Made by a program: the position numbers and the translations under genes. Below, piece by piece: positions 1 through 7,469 of a DNA stretch of 12,592 bases (within the stretch, counting starts at the first letter, position 1; every line of letters begins with the position of its first letter). The stretch comes from Opitutus sp. GAS368. Its GTDB lineage: Bacteria > Verrucomicrobiota > Verrucomicrobiia > Opitutales > Opitutaceae. The DNA lies in contig CAMAVZ010000050.1 of assembly GCA_945861645.1 (NCBI GenBank), positions 1-12,592 of the forward strand. The letters are read 5' to 3'. The notes under the pieces were generated by a model that saw only the letters and a program-made list of their open reading frames with translations, did no database searches and had not been told where the DNA came from.

Positions 1-681
1 ACCCCGGGTGGATCACTCGGCCTCATCTCGAGCGTGGCTTTTGATAATCAACGGCAGAATCGGATGTGGTTTATTAACCGCTACAGCCGCTTCACGCAAA
101 CGGCCTATGGCGTTACGGTGTCCGAGCTCGATAAACAGCGGCGCGAAAAAACCCGGTTAATGGCCCGGGAAGCCCGCTACGACTCTCGCCGCCGGGCGTG
201 GACCTTTACGCAAGGTCGCGAGATGTGGTTTGATCCGGAGTCGGGCCAGTTGCAGCGGACCGTCGCTTTTACGGAAAAAACGGTGCCGCATTTTACGGAG
301 GATCCTCAGCTTATGCTGTTATTTGACCGCAAGCCAACGGAACTCTCCTTCAATGAATTGGGCCGCATCGTAGATTATTTCTCCGCCGAAGATAATCCTA
401 AGGTCGTTCGCTACCAGGTACGCTATTATGGATTGCTCGCCGATACACTCGGGCCGCTGATCATTCTCGCGATCGCCATTCCCTTTGCGCTGTCCGGCGT
501 GCGGGTGAGTCCGGCGGTGGGGGTTTCTAAGTCGATCGGACTTTTCTTTGCGTATTACTTGTTGGCGAATCTTGCGACCTTGTTCGGCGGTAAGGGCCTG
601 CTCGATCCCCTGTGGGCGGCCGTGATGCCCAATCTTACCATGATTGGAGTGGGTACTTATCTCTTCGGCCGGATGCGCTAA
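1..681 (+). CDS. LptF/LptG-family LPS export ABC transporter permease, probably LptG (5'-truncated)
   Basis: Frame is open from base 1 (TPGGSLGLISSVAFDN...), so the track start at 34 is internal. A beta-rich periplasmic region (AREARYDSRRRAWTF) is followed by PTELSFNEL and three hydrophobic C-terminal helices (LIILAIAIPFAL; SIGLFFAYYLLANL; PLWAAVMPNL), as in the YjgP/YjgQ family. Confidence 0.88.
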   Translation, partial: TPGGSLGLISSVAFDNQRQNRMWFINRYSRFTQTAYGVTVSELDKQRREKTRLMAREARYDSRRRAWTFTQGREMWFDPESGQLQRTVAFTEKTVPHFTEDPQLMLLFDRKPTELSFNELGRIVDYFSAEDNPKVVRYQVRYYGLLADTLGPLIILAIAIPFALSGVRVSPAVGVSKSIGLFFAYYLLANLATLFGGKGLLDPLWAAVMPNLTMIGVGTYLFGRMR

Positions 682-683
682 AG

Positions 684-1121
684 CTAGGGCAGAAACGGCG
701 GTGGCCAGCGGAGAAATTCTAGTTGGGCGATGCGCTCCCAGTTAGAGAAAAGAATGATGGCCCAGACGACGATGCAGTTGATGTAGGCGATGAAGACCGC
801 CGCGCTTCCCATATCCTTGGCGCGCTTGGCAAAAGGGCGCTTGGTGAGTGAAATATCATCGATCGTCCACTCGATGGCTGAATTCAATAATTCAGCAATC
901 ACGATGAGGAAGAGCGTCGTGATCATCACCGCCGTCGACACGGCGTTGACCGGAAGAATGACGGCGAAGGGCGTCAGGATCGCGACAAAGATCAGATCCT
1001 CGCGAAAGGAGGGTTCATGGCGCACTGCCGCCCAGAAGCCATCGAGCGCATATTTGACCGAGGAAAAAAAATTCCGAAAGTCGCGCCGCTTGGTCTCGGG
1101 AAGTGGGATGAGATCGCTCAC
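684..1121 (-). CDS. dgkA: Diacylglycerol kinase (prokaryotic membrane DAGK)
   Basis: 145 aa, GTG start. Motifs YALDG...HEPSFRE, ELLNSAIEWTID and AKRAKDMGSAAVF, plus three TM segments, match DgkA. Confidence 0.93.
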   Translation of the reverse strand: MSDLIPLPETKRRDFRNFFSSVKYALDGFWAAVRHEPSFREDLIFVAILTPFAVILPVNAVSTAVMITTLFLIVIAELLNSAIEWTIDDISLTKRPFAKRAKDMGSAAVFIAYINCIVVWAIILFSNWERIAQLEFLRWPPPFLP

Positions 1122-1128
1122 GGTCTGA

Positions 1129-1156
1129 GTTGTAGAGTGCGACCGTTGTCGGACAA
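1129..1156 (-). promoter_or_regulatory. Candidate sigma70-type promoter for dgkA, overlapped by palindrome TTGTC-G-GACAA (1146-1156)
   Basis: Minus strand reads TTGTCC(1156-1151)-N16-TACAAC(1134-1129)-N7-GTG. No Shine-Dalgarno visible. Confidence 0.35.
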
Positions 1157-1163
1157 ACTAAAA

Positions 1164-1421
1164 TTATGCCGGCGGGGGCTCTGGCGGGTGGGCGTGGGGC
1201 GGCGTCGCGACTGCTTTTGGCGGCACGATTGGGCTATCGTGACCGATCTGGTATTCTGAGAAGTCGTTAATGACATCTTGGTGCGGTCGGTCCTGTTTAT
1301 AAATTTGCAAGATGCGGGCATGTTCTTGGTCCGTCGTGGGAAACATATGGGCGGGCTCGCCCGGCAGGAAAATCGCTGTGTAGGAGCGCTTACCATCATC
1401 CATGCGTCGAATCAGTAGCAT
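1164..1421 (-). CDS. Small hypothetical protein (85 aa) with Pro-rich tail
   Basis: ATG at 1421 (MLLIRRMDDGKRSYTAIFLPGEPAH...) fills the gap between dgkA and the divergent oxidoreductase without overlap. The track start at 1577 overlaps the oxidoreductase. Globular-looking first ~60 aa, then a Pro/Ala/His tail. Confidence 0.7.
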   Translation of the reverse strand: MLLIRRMDDGKRSYTAIFLPGEPAHMFPTTDQEHARILQIYKQDRPHQDVINDFSEYQIGHDSPIVPPKAVATPPHAHPPEPPPA

Positions 1422-1469
1422 AGGGGGATTAAGGCTAGGATTGGTCGAAGTGCAAATCTGGTCACTGAG

Positions 1470-1496
1470 TTGCGTTCGTTGGTTCAGCCGTATAGT
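1470..1496 (+). promoter_or_regulatory. Candidate promoter for the oxidoreductase gene
   Basis: TTGCGT(1470-1475)-N15-TATAGT(1491-1496)-N8-ATG(1505). The -10 matches TATAAT at 5/6; the spacer is short. Confidence 0.4.
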
Positions 1497-1504
1497 CAGA
1501 CGCG

Positions 1505-2182
1505 ATGCGCATCGCCTTAATTGCTGGAGCGAGTGGACTCGTCGGGGGGGAATTGCTGCGCGCGTTACTGGCGGCACCGGAGTACGATCGGGTGATCGCG
1601 CTCGGACGCCAATTGCTCGATTGCGAACATCCGAAGCTCCGGTCGGTGAAGGTAAATTTTACGGCACTCGATCAAGCCGTGGGCGAGCTGGGCTGCACGG
1701 ATGCTTTTTGTTGTTTAGGCACTACGAGCAAACAAGCGGGTTCACCGGAGGCCTTTCGCGCGGTCGATCAAACGGCGGTCTTGGCCTTTGCGTGGCTGGC
1801 GCAGCGTCATGGGGCGAAGGGTTTTTTTGTGGTCTCGTCCTTAGGAGCTCACGCGCAGTCACGCGTGTTTTATTCGCGAGTTAAGGGTGAGATGGAGGCC
1901 GCGCTGGCGGTGCTTGGTTTTAACTATTTAGGGATTTTTCAGCCCAGTTTATTGTTGGGGCCGCGGGTGCCCCCGCGGTTTGGGGAAAAGGTGTGGGCTT
2001 TCGTTCTCGGTTTAGCCGCGCCGCTATTAGGGGGTCCCTTACGCAAGTATCGCGCGATCCCGGCCGCCGTCGTGGCGCGGGCGATGCTCCGGTGCGCGCT
2101 CGGTCAGCGTGGGGCCGGGGTGCAAATATTTCCGTCTGACCAAATCCAAGTGCTGGGTGCGCCTGGGGGCGCGGCGGCCTGA
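1505..2182 (+). CDS. NAD(P)-binding atypical SDR oxidoreductase (TIP30/CC3/YraR-like)
   Basis: Rossmann motif ALIAGASGLVG, plus AFCCLGTT, VVSSLGA, YSRVKGEME (YxxxK) and QPSLLLGPR, all characteristic of the CC3/YraR group. Confidence 0.9.
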   Translation: MRIALIAGASGLVGGELLRALLAAPEYDRVIALGRQLLDCEHPKLRSVKVNFTALDQAVGELGCTDAFCCLGTTSKQAGSPEAFRAVDQTAVLAFAWLAQRHGAKGFFVVSSLGAHAQSRVFYSRVKGEMEAALAVLGFNYLGIFQPSLLLGPRVPPRFGEKVWAFVLGLAAPLLGGPLRKYRAIPAAVVARAMLRCALGQRGAGVQIFPSDQIQVLGAPGGAAA

Positions 2183-2192
2183 TCGCCGCCGC
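2171..2192. terminator. GC hairpin at a convergent gene junction (possible terminator or 3' stabiliser)
   Basis: Perfect 8-bp stem GCGGCGGC(2171-2178)/GCCGCCGC(2185-2192); the loop CTGATC contains the TGA stop. No U-tract on either strand. Confidence 0.3.
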
Positions 2193-2193
2193 C

Positions 2194-2811
2194 TTAACTC
2201 CAGCTGTAGTTAAAACTAATGCTGATGCGTTCCGCGGCGGTGCGGTTGGCGGCGACCTCGTGGCGCAGCCAGCTTTCAAAAAGAATCACGCGACCCGCTT
2301 GGGCGGGGTAGGTGATGTGAGGCTGATTGACGGGCTTGGCGCGAGTGGTTTTAGACGGGGCCGCCATAAATTTACTCAGGCGGGGGTCTTCAAATTTTAA
2401 GCCAGCGCAATCAGGGGGCGTGGCCACATAATAGGTGCCGCTGATAAAGGAGAGGGGATGCAGATGCAGGCTATGCGCGGTGTGCTCTGGCATAATATTA
2501 ACCCAGCAATCGCTCATCGCAATTTTTCGGCCCCGCAGATCCATGTCGAGCTGAGCCGCGTAACGGCGCACTTGCCGCGTGAGGCGACGCTCGAGCTCCG
2601 TGAAGGTGGAGGAAAATTTATGCAGCTGATTGAGTGAGGCGTAAGACGTGTAGCCGCCGGGGTAATTTTTTGCCGACCAACGTCGGCCGGCCGCATCGTA
2701 GGCGCGGAGGTTGCGGCACTCGGTGGCGAGGTCTTGATTGTAACGCTCCAGGCCTTTGCGCAGCAAAGGCTCCTGGTAGATAAAAGTAGAAAACCAAGCG
2801 CGGGTCGGCAT
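2194..2811 (-). CDS. TIGR02466-family putative 2OG-Fe(II) oxygenase
   Basis: 205 aa from ATG 2811 (MPTRAWFSTFIY). Motifs YPGGYTSYASL, CWVNIM, HSLHLHPLSFISGTYYV, LKFEDPR, FESWLRHEV and RISISFNY. The track extension to 3069 overlaps the next gene. Confidence 0.88.
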   Translation of the reverse strand: MPTRAWFSTFIYQEPLLRKGLERYNQDLATECRNLRAYDAAGRRWSAKNYPGGYTSYASLNQLHKFSSTFTELERRLTRQVRRYAAQLDMDLRGRKIAMSDCWVNIMPEHTAHSLHLHPLSFISGTYYVATPPDCAGLKFEDPRLSKFMAAPSKTTRAKPVNQPHITYPAQAGRVILFESWLRHEVAANRTAAERISISFNYSWS

Positions 2812-2991
2812 GGGAGGAGTTAACGGTTCTGGTAAAAAAAGCGCAATGCGGAAGCCGCCGGCCGTGCTGGGGTGATTTTCGGGTAGCTGCTCAAGAGTGC
2901 TGACGATGGGTGATGAAATTTGCTGAACGGTGAGCGGGGCCTGAGAGAAAAAGATGGAAGCACTCAGGAGAAAGCGCCAAGCTGCGGAACT

Positions 2992-3516
2992 ATGAAACGA
3001 CTCGCGCTGATCAGTCTTTTTCTGGGACTCGCTGGACTCGGCTGGGGGGCGGATAAATTTTGGCAGCAATTAACCGCCGAAGAGCGCGCTGCGGCGGGCT
3101 TAGATCAATTGAGTCCAGACCAGCGGATCCGGCTCGATCAGCTGGCCGAGCGTTATGTGAAAGCAGGCGCGCGCCAAGCGGTCGCCGTCGCCCAAGTTAA
3201 AGCCAAGGCTGAGGGCAAGGCGGAGGCCATCGCGGAAGTGCAGGAACAGAAGAAAATTACGATCGGGTTAGCGCCCCGCGAAGATGATGAGGCGGAGGTC
3301 GTGCGGACACGCATCCTCGGGGATTTTCGCGGCTGGACGGGGCGGAGCACCTTCACGCTCGCGAATAACCAAGTCTGGCAGCAGGAGGGTGGGGATAATT
3401 GTTTCTTCCCGAAGCTGGTGGATCCCGACGTAGAAATTCGTCCGTCGCGCCTCGGCGGATGGAAGCTGACGCTGCTGAAAGAAGGCTTGTGGATCCGAGT
3501 GAAGCGAATTCGTTGA
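2992..3516 (+). CDS. Secreted hypothetical protein (174 aa)
   Basis: ATG 2992 gives a clear signal peptide (MKRLALISLFLGLAGLGWGA). Then a helical LTAEERAAAGLDQLS motif, an Ala/Lys/Glu linker and a C-terminal beta domain (RILGDFRGWTGRSTFTLANNQVWQQ...IRVKRIR). Confidence 0.8.
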   Translation: MKRLALISLFLGLAGLGWGADKFWQQLTAEERAAAGLDQLSPDQRIRLDQLAERYVKAGARQAVAVAQVKAKAEGKAEAIAEVQEQKKITIGLAPREDDEAEVVRTRILGDFRGWTGRSTFTLANNQVWQQEGGDNCFFPKLVDPDVEIRPSRLGGWKLTLLKEGLWIRVKRIR

Positions 3517-3687
3517 GCGACCGGTTGTGTGAGTTGAATGGTCGGAGGCGGAAGGGCAGAGAAAGCTGAAGGATCAACCAAGGCATGAAATTTCAAATCG
3601 TGCGCGAAGGAACGGCGCGATAAATTGAGTCAAAACCAAAACATCGGCGTGACGTTGGCGCTTAATCCAGCATTGATCAAAAGCCAC

Positions 3688-4704
3688 ATGGGGAAATTAT
3701 TTTACCGCTTACTGCTAGTATGCTTGAGTTGGGGTGGACTCTGCGCGGCCTCGGTTCCAGCGCCGGTAGTGCCGCCGGTGGCAGTGGCAGAGTCGCCTTT
3801 GCGGGATGTGTTAGTTTATCCTGATGGTGATCGGGTGCTGGGTCGCTTAGTGGAGCGGACGCAATTCTTAATCGTGTTTCGCTCGGATCGCTTCGGCGAG
3901 CTTCGCGTCCCAGCAGACCAGGCGATTGTCCTCCAGCCTGATCAGTTGGCGACCGTTGCCCCGGCGGTGATGCTAACGTCGGGCGATGACTCCCGTTTAT
4001 CGCCGCAGCGATTGACTGCCCACTTGCGGTCATTTTTTGGGCCTTGGCATGGTAAGTTCGCCTTTTCGAGTGAGGTCGTCACGGACACGCAGCAGAGCAG
4101 TAATTTGGCGGCGGAAATTCAATTTAAGCGCGTTTGGAGAGTCGATGAGGTGCATTTTAAGGGGCGCTATGATTTCAATCAGGCCACGAATCTCACGACG
4201 ACCGATATGCTGCGGCTCGAAGCACTGTGGCGTCATGATTTTACGAAGGGTCGTTTTGCCCTCTACCGGCCATCGGCGGAGTGGAATCGCGCGAGCTTTA
4301 AGGTGACCTTGCCCAACGATTATCTTTTGCTGCAGCAAGAAGTCGGCGTGGGGCTTAATTTATTTACCACCGAGCGGCGCAAGATTCGTATCGGCGCATC
4401 GGAGAATTTATTTGATGTGTGGAATACCTCGACGGTGGATGCGCCGCACAGCTCGCGGACGCTAGAGTCGGCGTTTCTCGAGACGGAGTGGGGACTGCCT
4501 TGGCGCATGAATTTTAATCAGCGCAGCGTTTATTATTATTCGTTAAGCTCAGCGACCGACGGTTGGGAAAGCCATGTTGAATTGAGCAAGAAGTTTACCG
4601 AGACGCTGAGCACCTCGATCCGTCAGGAAATTCGCCGCAATAATCCTGACGGTACCTTGCAAGACTACAAGCGGCTCAAGCTGCTGTTCGCGCTCGATTT
4701 TTAA
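3688..4704 (+). CDS. Outer-membrane beta-barrel protein, DUF481-like
   Basis: ATG 3688 gives a signal peptide (MGKLFYRLLLVCLSWGGLCA). A small N-domain (DVLVYPDGDRVLGRLV...FRSDRFGELRVP) precedes amphipathic beta-strands starting at PWHGKFAFS. The terminal LKLLFALDF is a BAM-type beta-signal. Confidence 0.75.
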   Translation: MGKLFYRLLLVCLSWGGLCAASVPAPVVPPVAVAESPLRDVLVYPDGDRVLGRLVERTQFLIVFRSDRFGELRVPADQAIVLQPDQLATVAPAVMLTSGDDSRLSPQRLTAHLRSFFGPWHGKFAFSSEVVTDTQQSSNLAAEIQFKRVWRVDEVHFKGRYDFNQATNLTTTDMLRLEALWRHDFTKGRFALYRPSAEWNRASFKVTLPNDYLLLQQEVGVGLNLFTTERRKIRIGASENLFDVWNTSTVDAPHSSRTLESAFLETEWGLPWRMNFNQRSVYYYSLSSATDGWESHVELSKKFTETLSTSIRQEIRRNNPDGTLQDYKRLKLLFALDF

Positions 4705-6125
4705 TGGGCTGAGGCGGGTACGGCGCAGAGCTCGGGCAATTGGATCGAGTCAGAGCTGACCGCCGTTCGGGCGCGATTAACTAGACTGGTCAGCGCCGTC
4801 GCCCGTTCGCGGGGGAGTGCGGTGGCCAGAAATTCTGCGGTGTGCACGCTTGTAGGGGCCGGAGTTTTTGCGTTGGTGGCCGGATTGGTTTCCGTCCAGC
4901 TGATCACAACCGATAAATTATTTTCGGAGCGAGTGGCGAGTCGCGCGAAGCCGCTCGCGCGGATGGAGCTGGTGGCGGTAAGGAGTCGCGCGGCGGATAA
5001 GCCCCCGTCGGGGAAGAGGCGCCGCACGTAAAGACCGGCACTATTTTGCTCCGTGCGGGCTTCGAGCCAGGAGATGATGGCAGATCCATCAGCTAACATT
5101 ACTAGATCCAGTCGGCCGATGGGGCGCCCAAGGTCGAGGGGCAGTGCTGGACCAAAAGTGAGGCCGCCATCAACGGAGAGTTTGGCTTGCATCCGCGCTA
5201 CGCCCTGAGCGGCGGTGAACCACGCGATGGCAGTGTGTTCGTCGCGGGTATCAGCGGCGGGTCCGTTGACGGGGCATGCGGCGATTTTCCATTCGTCGTG
5301 ATGCAATGGGCGCGGGGGAGTCCAGCCGACGCCGGTGAAAAGGGACACGCAATGATCGCGAATTTCGTCGGCGGTGTGACCGCGATAGGTCACAATCGCG
5401 CGGTCGCCGGGTAGCACGGCGAGGGAAGTTTGGCAGCAGCTACACACATCGGGATCAACGATCCAGTCTTGTTCGGTCGAGCCGTGGGCAGAAAGCAGGC
5501 GCGCGCGCAGACGCATGCTAGGTGCATGAGACAAAGTTGAATCTTTGGGTAAGGGCGCGGCGTGAGTGTCAGGTTTGATCCGCGGCGCATGAGAATCATG
5601 GAGCTTTGCGCTTTCGAGCCAGACGGCGAGAGTGCGTCCGCCGCTCAGGGGAGCGAGGCTAACGAATTCCTCGCCCAGTGGAGCCGAGGCCGTCCAGGTA
5701 GCGCCGCTGTCAGTTGAGCGAGCGAACCAACCAGTGTAGCCGTGGCTATCCTCCTTAGCTGGGCTTTGAAACCACTGCGCAGTGAGGGCGCCATCGGTGC
5801 CGACAATGAGCGAAGCGAAGTCAGCCCAATTTTCCATGAGTAGCGGGGAACTGACAATGACGGTGGGCTGGCTCCAGGCGGTTGCAGCGGGAGCGAGTTT
5901 AGCTAAATAGAGCGCGCGTTCACCCGCGTGGACCCCCGGCCCAGACCAAGTGAGATAAAGGGTGTTATCAGGTCCGCGGGCGAGATTGGGCTCGCCGCTG
6001 TCTAGCCCCGTCACTACAGGCAGGTTCGTGGACGACAATAACTCTGAGGCGTGGCTGTTCAGACAACAAAGGCAGCTACCCAAAAAAATTGTAGCGAATA
6101 AGTGGCGAAGATGAGGAATAGGCAT
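4701..6125 (-). CDS. Secreted BNR/Asp-box (sialidase-fold) beta-propeller protein with CSCC and CPVNGP motifs
   Basis: ATG 6125 gives a signal peptide (TTG 6161 is an alternative start). Asp boxes STDSGATW and SVDGGLTF; motifs ENWADF, DVCSCCQT, YRGHTADEIRD and WKIAACPVNGP. The stop overlaps the convergent gene's stop (TTAA, 4701-4704). Confidence 0.82.
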   Translation of the reverse strand: MPIPHLRHLFATIFLGSCLCCLNSHASELLSSTNLPVVTGLDSGEPNLARGPDNTLYLTWSGPGVHAGERALYLAKLAPAATAWSQPTVIVSSPLLMENWADFASLIVGTDGALTAQWFQSPAKEDSHGYTGWFARSTDSGATWTASAPLGEEFVSLAPLSGGRTLAVWLESAKLHDSHAPRIKPDTHAAPLPKDSTLSHAPSMRLRARLLSAHGSTEQDWIVDPDVCSCCQTSLAVLPGDRAIVTYRGHTADEIRDHCVSLFTGVGWTPPRPLHHDEWKIAACPVNGPAADTRDEHTAIAWFTAAQGVARMQAKLSVDGGLTFGPALPLDLGRPIGRLDLVMLADGSAIISWLEARTEQNSAGLYVRRLFPDGGLSAARLLTATSSIRASGFARLATRSENNLSVVISWTETNPATNAKTPAPTSVHTAEFLATALPRERATALTSLVNRARTAVSSDSIQLPELCAVPASAH

Positions 6126-6170
6126 GGCGTAAAGGAGCGCGTTCCAACTGAGGTGTGTCAAAGGATCATG

Positions 6171-6222
6171 GGCTGGGAAATGCCGTGAGTCGAGCCCGCG
6201 ACACTCACGAATTACGCCAGCC
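6171..6222. repeat. 52-nt imperfect inverted repeat between the WD40 and BNR genes
   Basis: GGCTGG(6171-6176)/CCAGCC(6217-6222) and CGTGAGT(6184-6190)/ACTCACG(6203-6209) are exact, symmetrically nested reverse complements. Confidence 0.7.
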
Positions 6223-6236
6223 TCGCAGCGGCGGTG

Positions 6237-7313
6237 CTAATTTTCTAATTTAAAAACAAACACGGCGCCTTTTTCGGTGCCGACGGCGAGCATGGTGTCG
6301 TCGGGGCGCCAGGCAAATTTTGTGGCCGTCACCGGCATTTTAACTTCGGCCATCAGCGGATTTTTTCGCGTCGGCGCCCACAGGCAAAATTCACCACCGA
6401 GCGCGGCCGTGGCGAGTAGGCCGTGTTGATTTTGAAAGGCTACGGCGCAAACCCGCGTGGCGTGGGGCAGGAGGAGCGGCTCGCGGCCTTCGGGGCCCGC
6501 GCCCGTGCAGTCCCAAATACAAGCATCGCGCCCGCCACCCGTGGCGAGCCACTTGGAATCGCGGCTGAAACCCAATTCCAGCAATTTGGTTTCATAGCCG
6601 CTCATCTGAAGCTCCATATCTGCCGTCGGCACCCATAGGTGAACCGCGTTGTCATGACAACCCGCGACTAGCCAGCGGCCGTCGGGCGACCACGTGAGCG
6701 CAAGGATGGCATTGCCATAAGGAAGCTCCTTGAGCGCGCCAAAAGTTTCTGGATGCCACAGCGCGACGCCGCCAAAATAAGCTGAGGCGAGCGTCGGCGA
6801 AATTTCCGGCTGGGTCGCGGGTTTAATGGCCAGCGCCGAGATCGTCTTGGGGGCATCGGAAAAAGTATGCGCGATGGAGCCATCGGGGCGGAGGGCCACA
6901 AGTTTTTTCCCAGCCGCGGCAAACAGGCACGCCTGATCTTCTGGCGGCGTTGAGGTAGTCGCCAAGGTTGGGGTGAGGATGCGTTCTCCTCGCCCTATGA
7001 GATGCTCCACCCAAGCAGAGCCAAGTTTAGTTTCAGCGGTTTGGCGGCCAGTCGCTCCATCCCAAAAACGTACACAGCCATCTTGGCCGCCGCTCGCGAG
7101 CAGGGCAGGCGCCTCTTTCGTTGATATCCAAGCCAAACAATTGGCGCCATTTTCATGGCCGGCTAGTTTATGACGCACTGCGCCGGTGACGGCATCGTAG
7201 AGTGTGATGCTGCCGGCGGCAGAGACGACGCCGAGAACCGCACCATCAGGAGACCAGGCGAGATCGATGACGTAGTCGTCAAGGGTCGCGGTCCAGTGTT
7301 TAGAGAAATTCAT
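6237..7313 (-). CDS. WD40-repeat beta-propeller protein (type commonly encoded beside COG0523 GTPases)
   Basis: Repeats GHENGANCLAW, LASGGQDGCVRFWD, ALTWSPDGRWLVAGCHDNAVHLW and MSGYETKLLELGFSRDSKWLATGGG. No signal peptide. Start is ATG 7313 or GTG 7325. Confidence 0.88.
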   Translation of the reverse strand: MNFSKHWTATLDDYVIDLAWSPDGAVLGVVSAAGSITLYDAVTGAVRHKLAGHENGANCLAWISTKEAPALLASGGQDGCVRFWDGATGRQTAETKLGSAWVEHLIGRGERILTPTLATTSTPPEDQACLFAAAGKKLVALRPDGSIAHTFSDAPKTISALAIKPATQPEISPTLASAYFGGVALWHPETFGALKELPYGNAILALTWSPDGRWLVAGCHDNAVHLWVPTADMELQMSGYETKLLELGFSRDSKWLATGGGRDACIWDCTGAGPEGREPLLLPHATRVCAVAFQNQHGLLATAALGGEFCLWAPTRKNPLMAEVKMPVTATKFAWRPDDTMLAVGTEKGAVFVFKLEN

Positions 7314-7391
7314 AAAATCGTTCACTGGTTTTTACGCTTAATGGTTCGCAACAGTCCAGCGCTGAGAATTTCGTGATCCCTGAGGTGAGCC

Positions 7392-7423
7392 TTGCGCTCT
7401 GCTGGCGAAGCGCTCTATAGAAT
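7392..7423 (+). promoter_or_regulatory. Candidate sigma70-type promoter for the PVC-type cytochrome gene
   Basis: TTGCGC(7392-7397)-N18-TATAGA(7416-7421), with overlapping TAGAAT(7418-7423), about 50 nt upstream of ATG 7470. Confidence 0.35.
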
Positions 7424-7469
7424 AAAAGCATCGGCAGTTCTGTTGTTTTTTGACCCCATATTTCACCCC

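Noticed and set aside
2812..3069. Upstream extensions in the ORF track (2194..3069, 2920.., and likewise ..1577, 3625.., 7392..)
   Set aside because: They overlap neighbouring genes or bury signal peptides; downstream ATGs give family-typical N-termini.
4701..4704. Convergent genes sharing TTAA stop codons (also near-abutting stops at 681/684)
   Set aside because: Common in compact bacterial genomes and no evidence of function.
6056..6074. CLCC in the N-terminus of the BNR protein as a second CxCC site or lipobox
   Set aside because: It lies within the predicted signal peptide before SHA. LGSC resembles a lipobox but is followed by further hydrophobic residues, so it cannot be resolved without SignalP.
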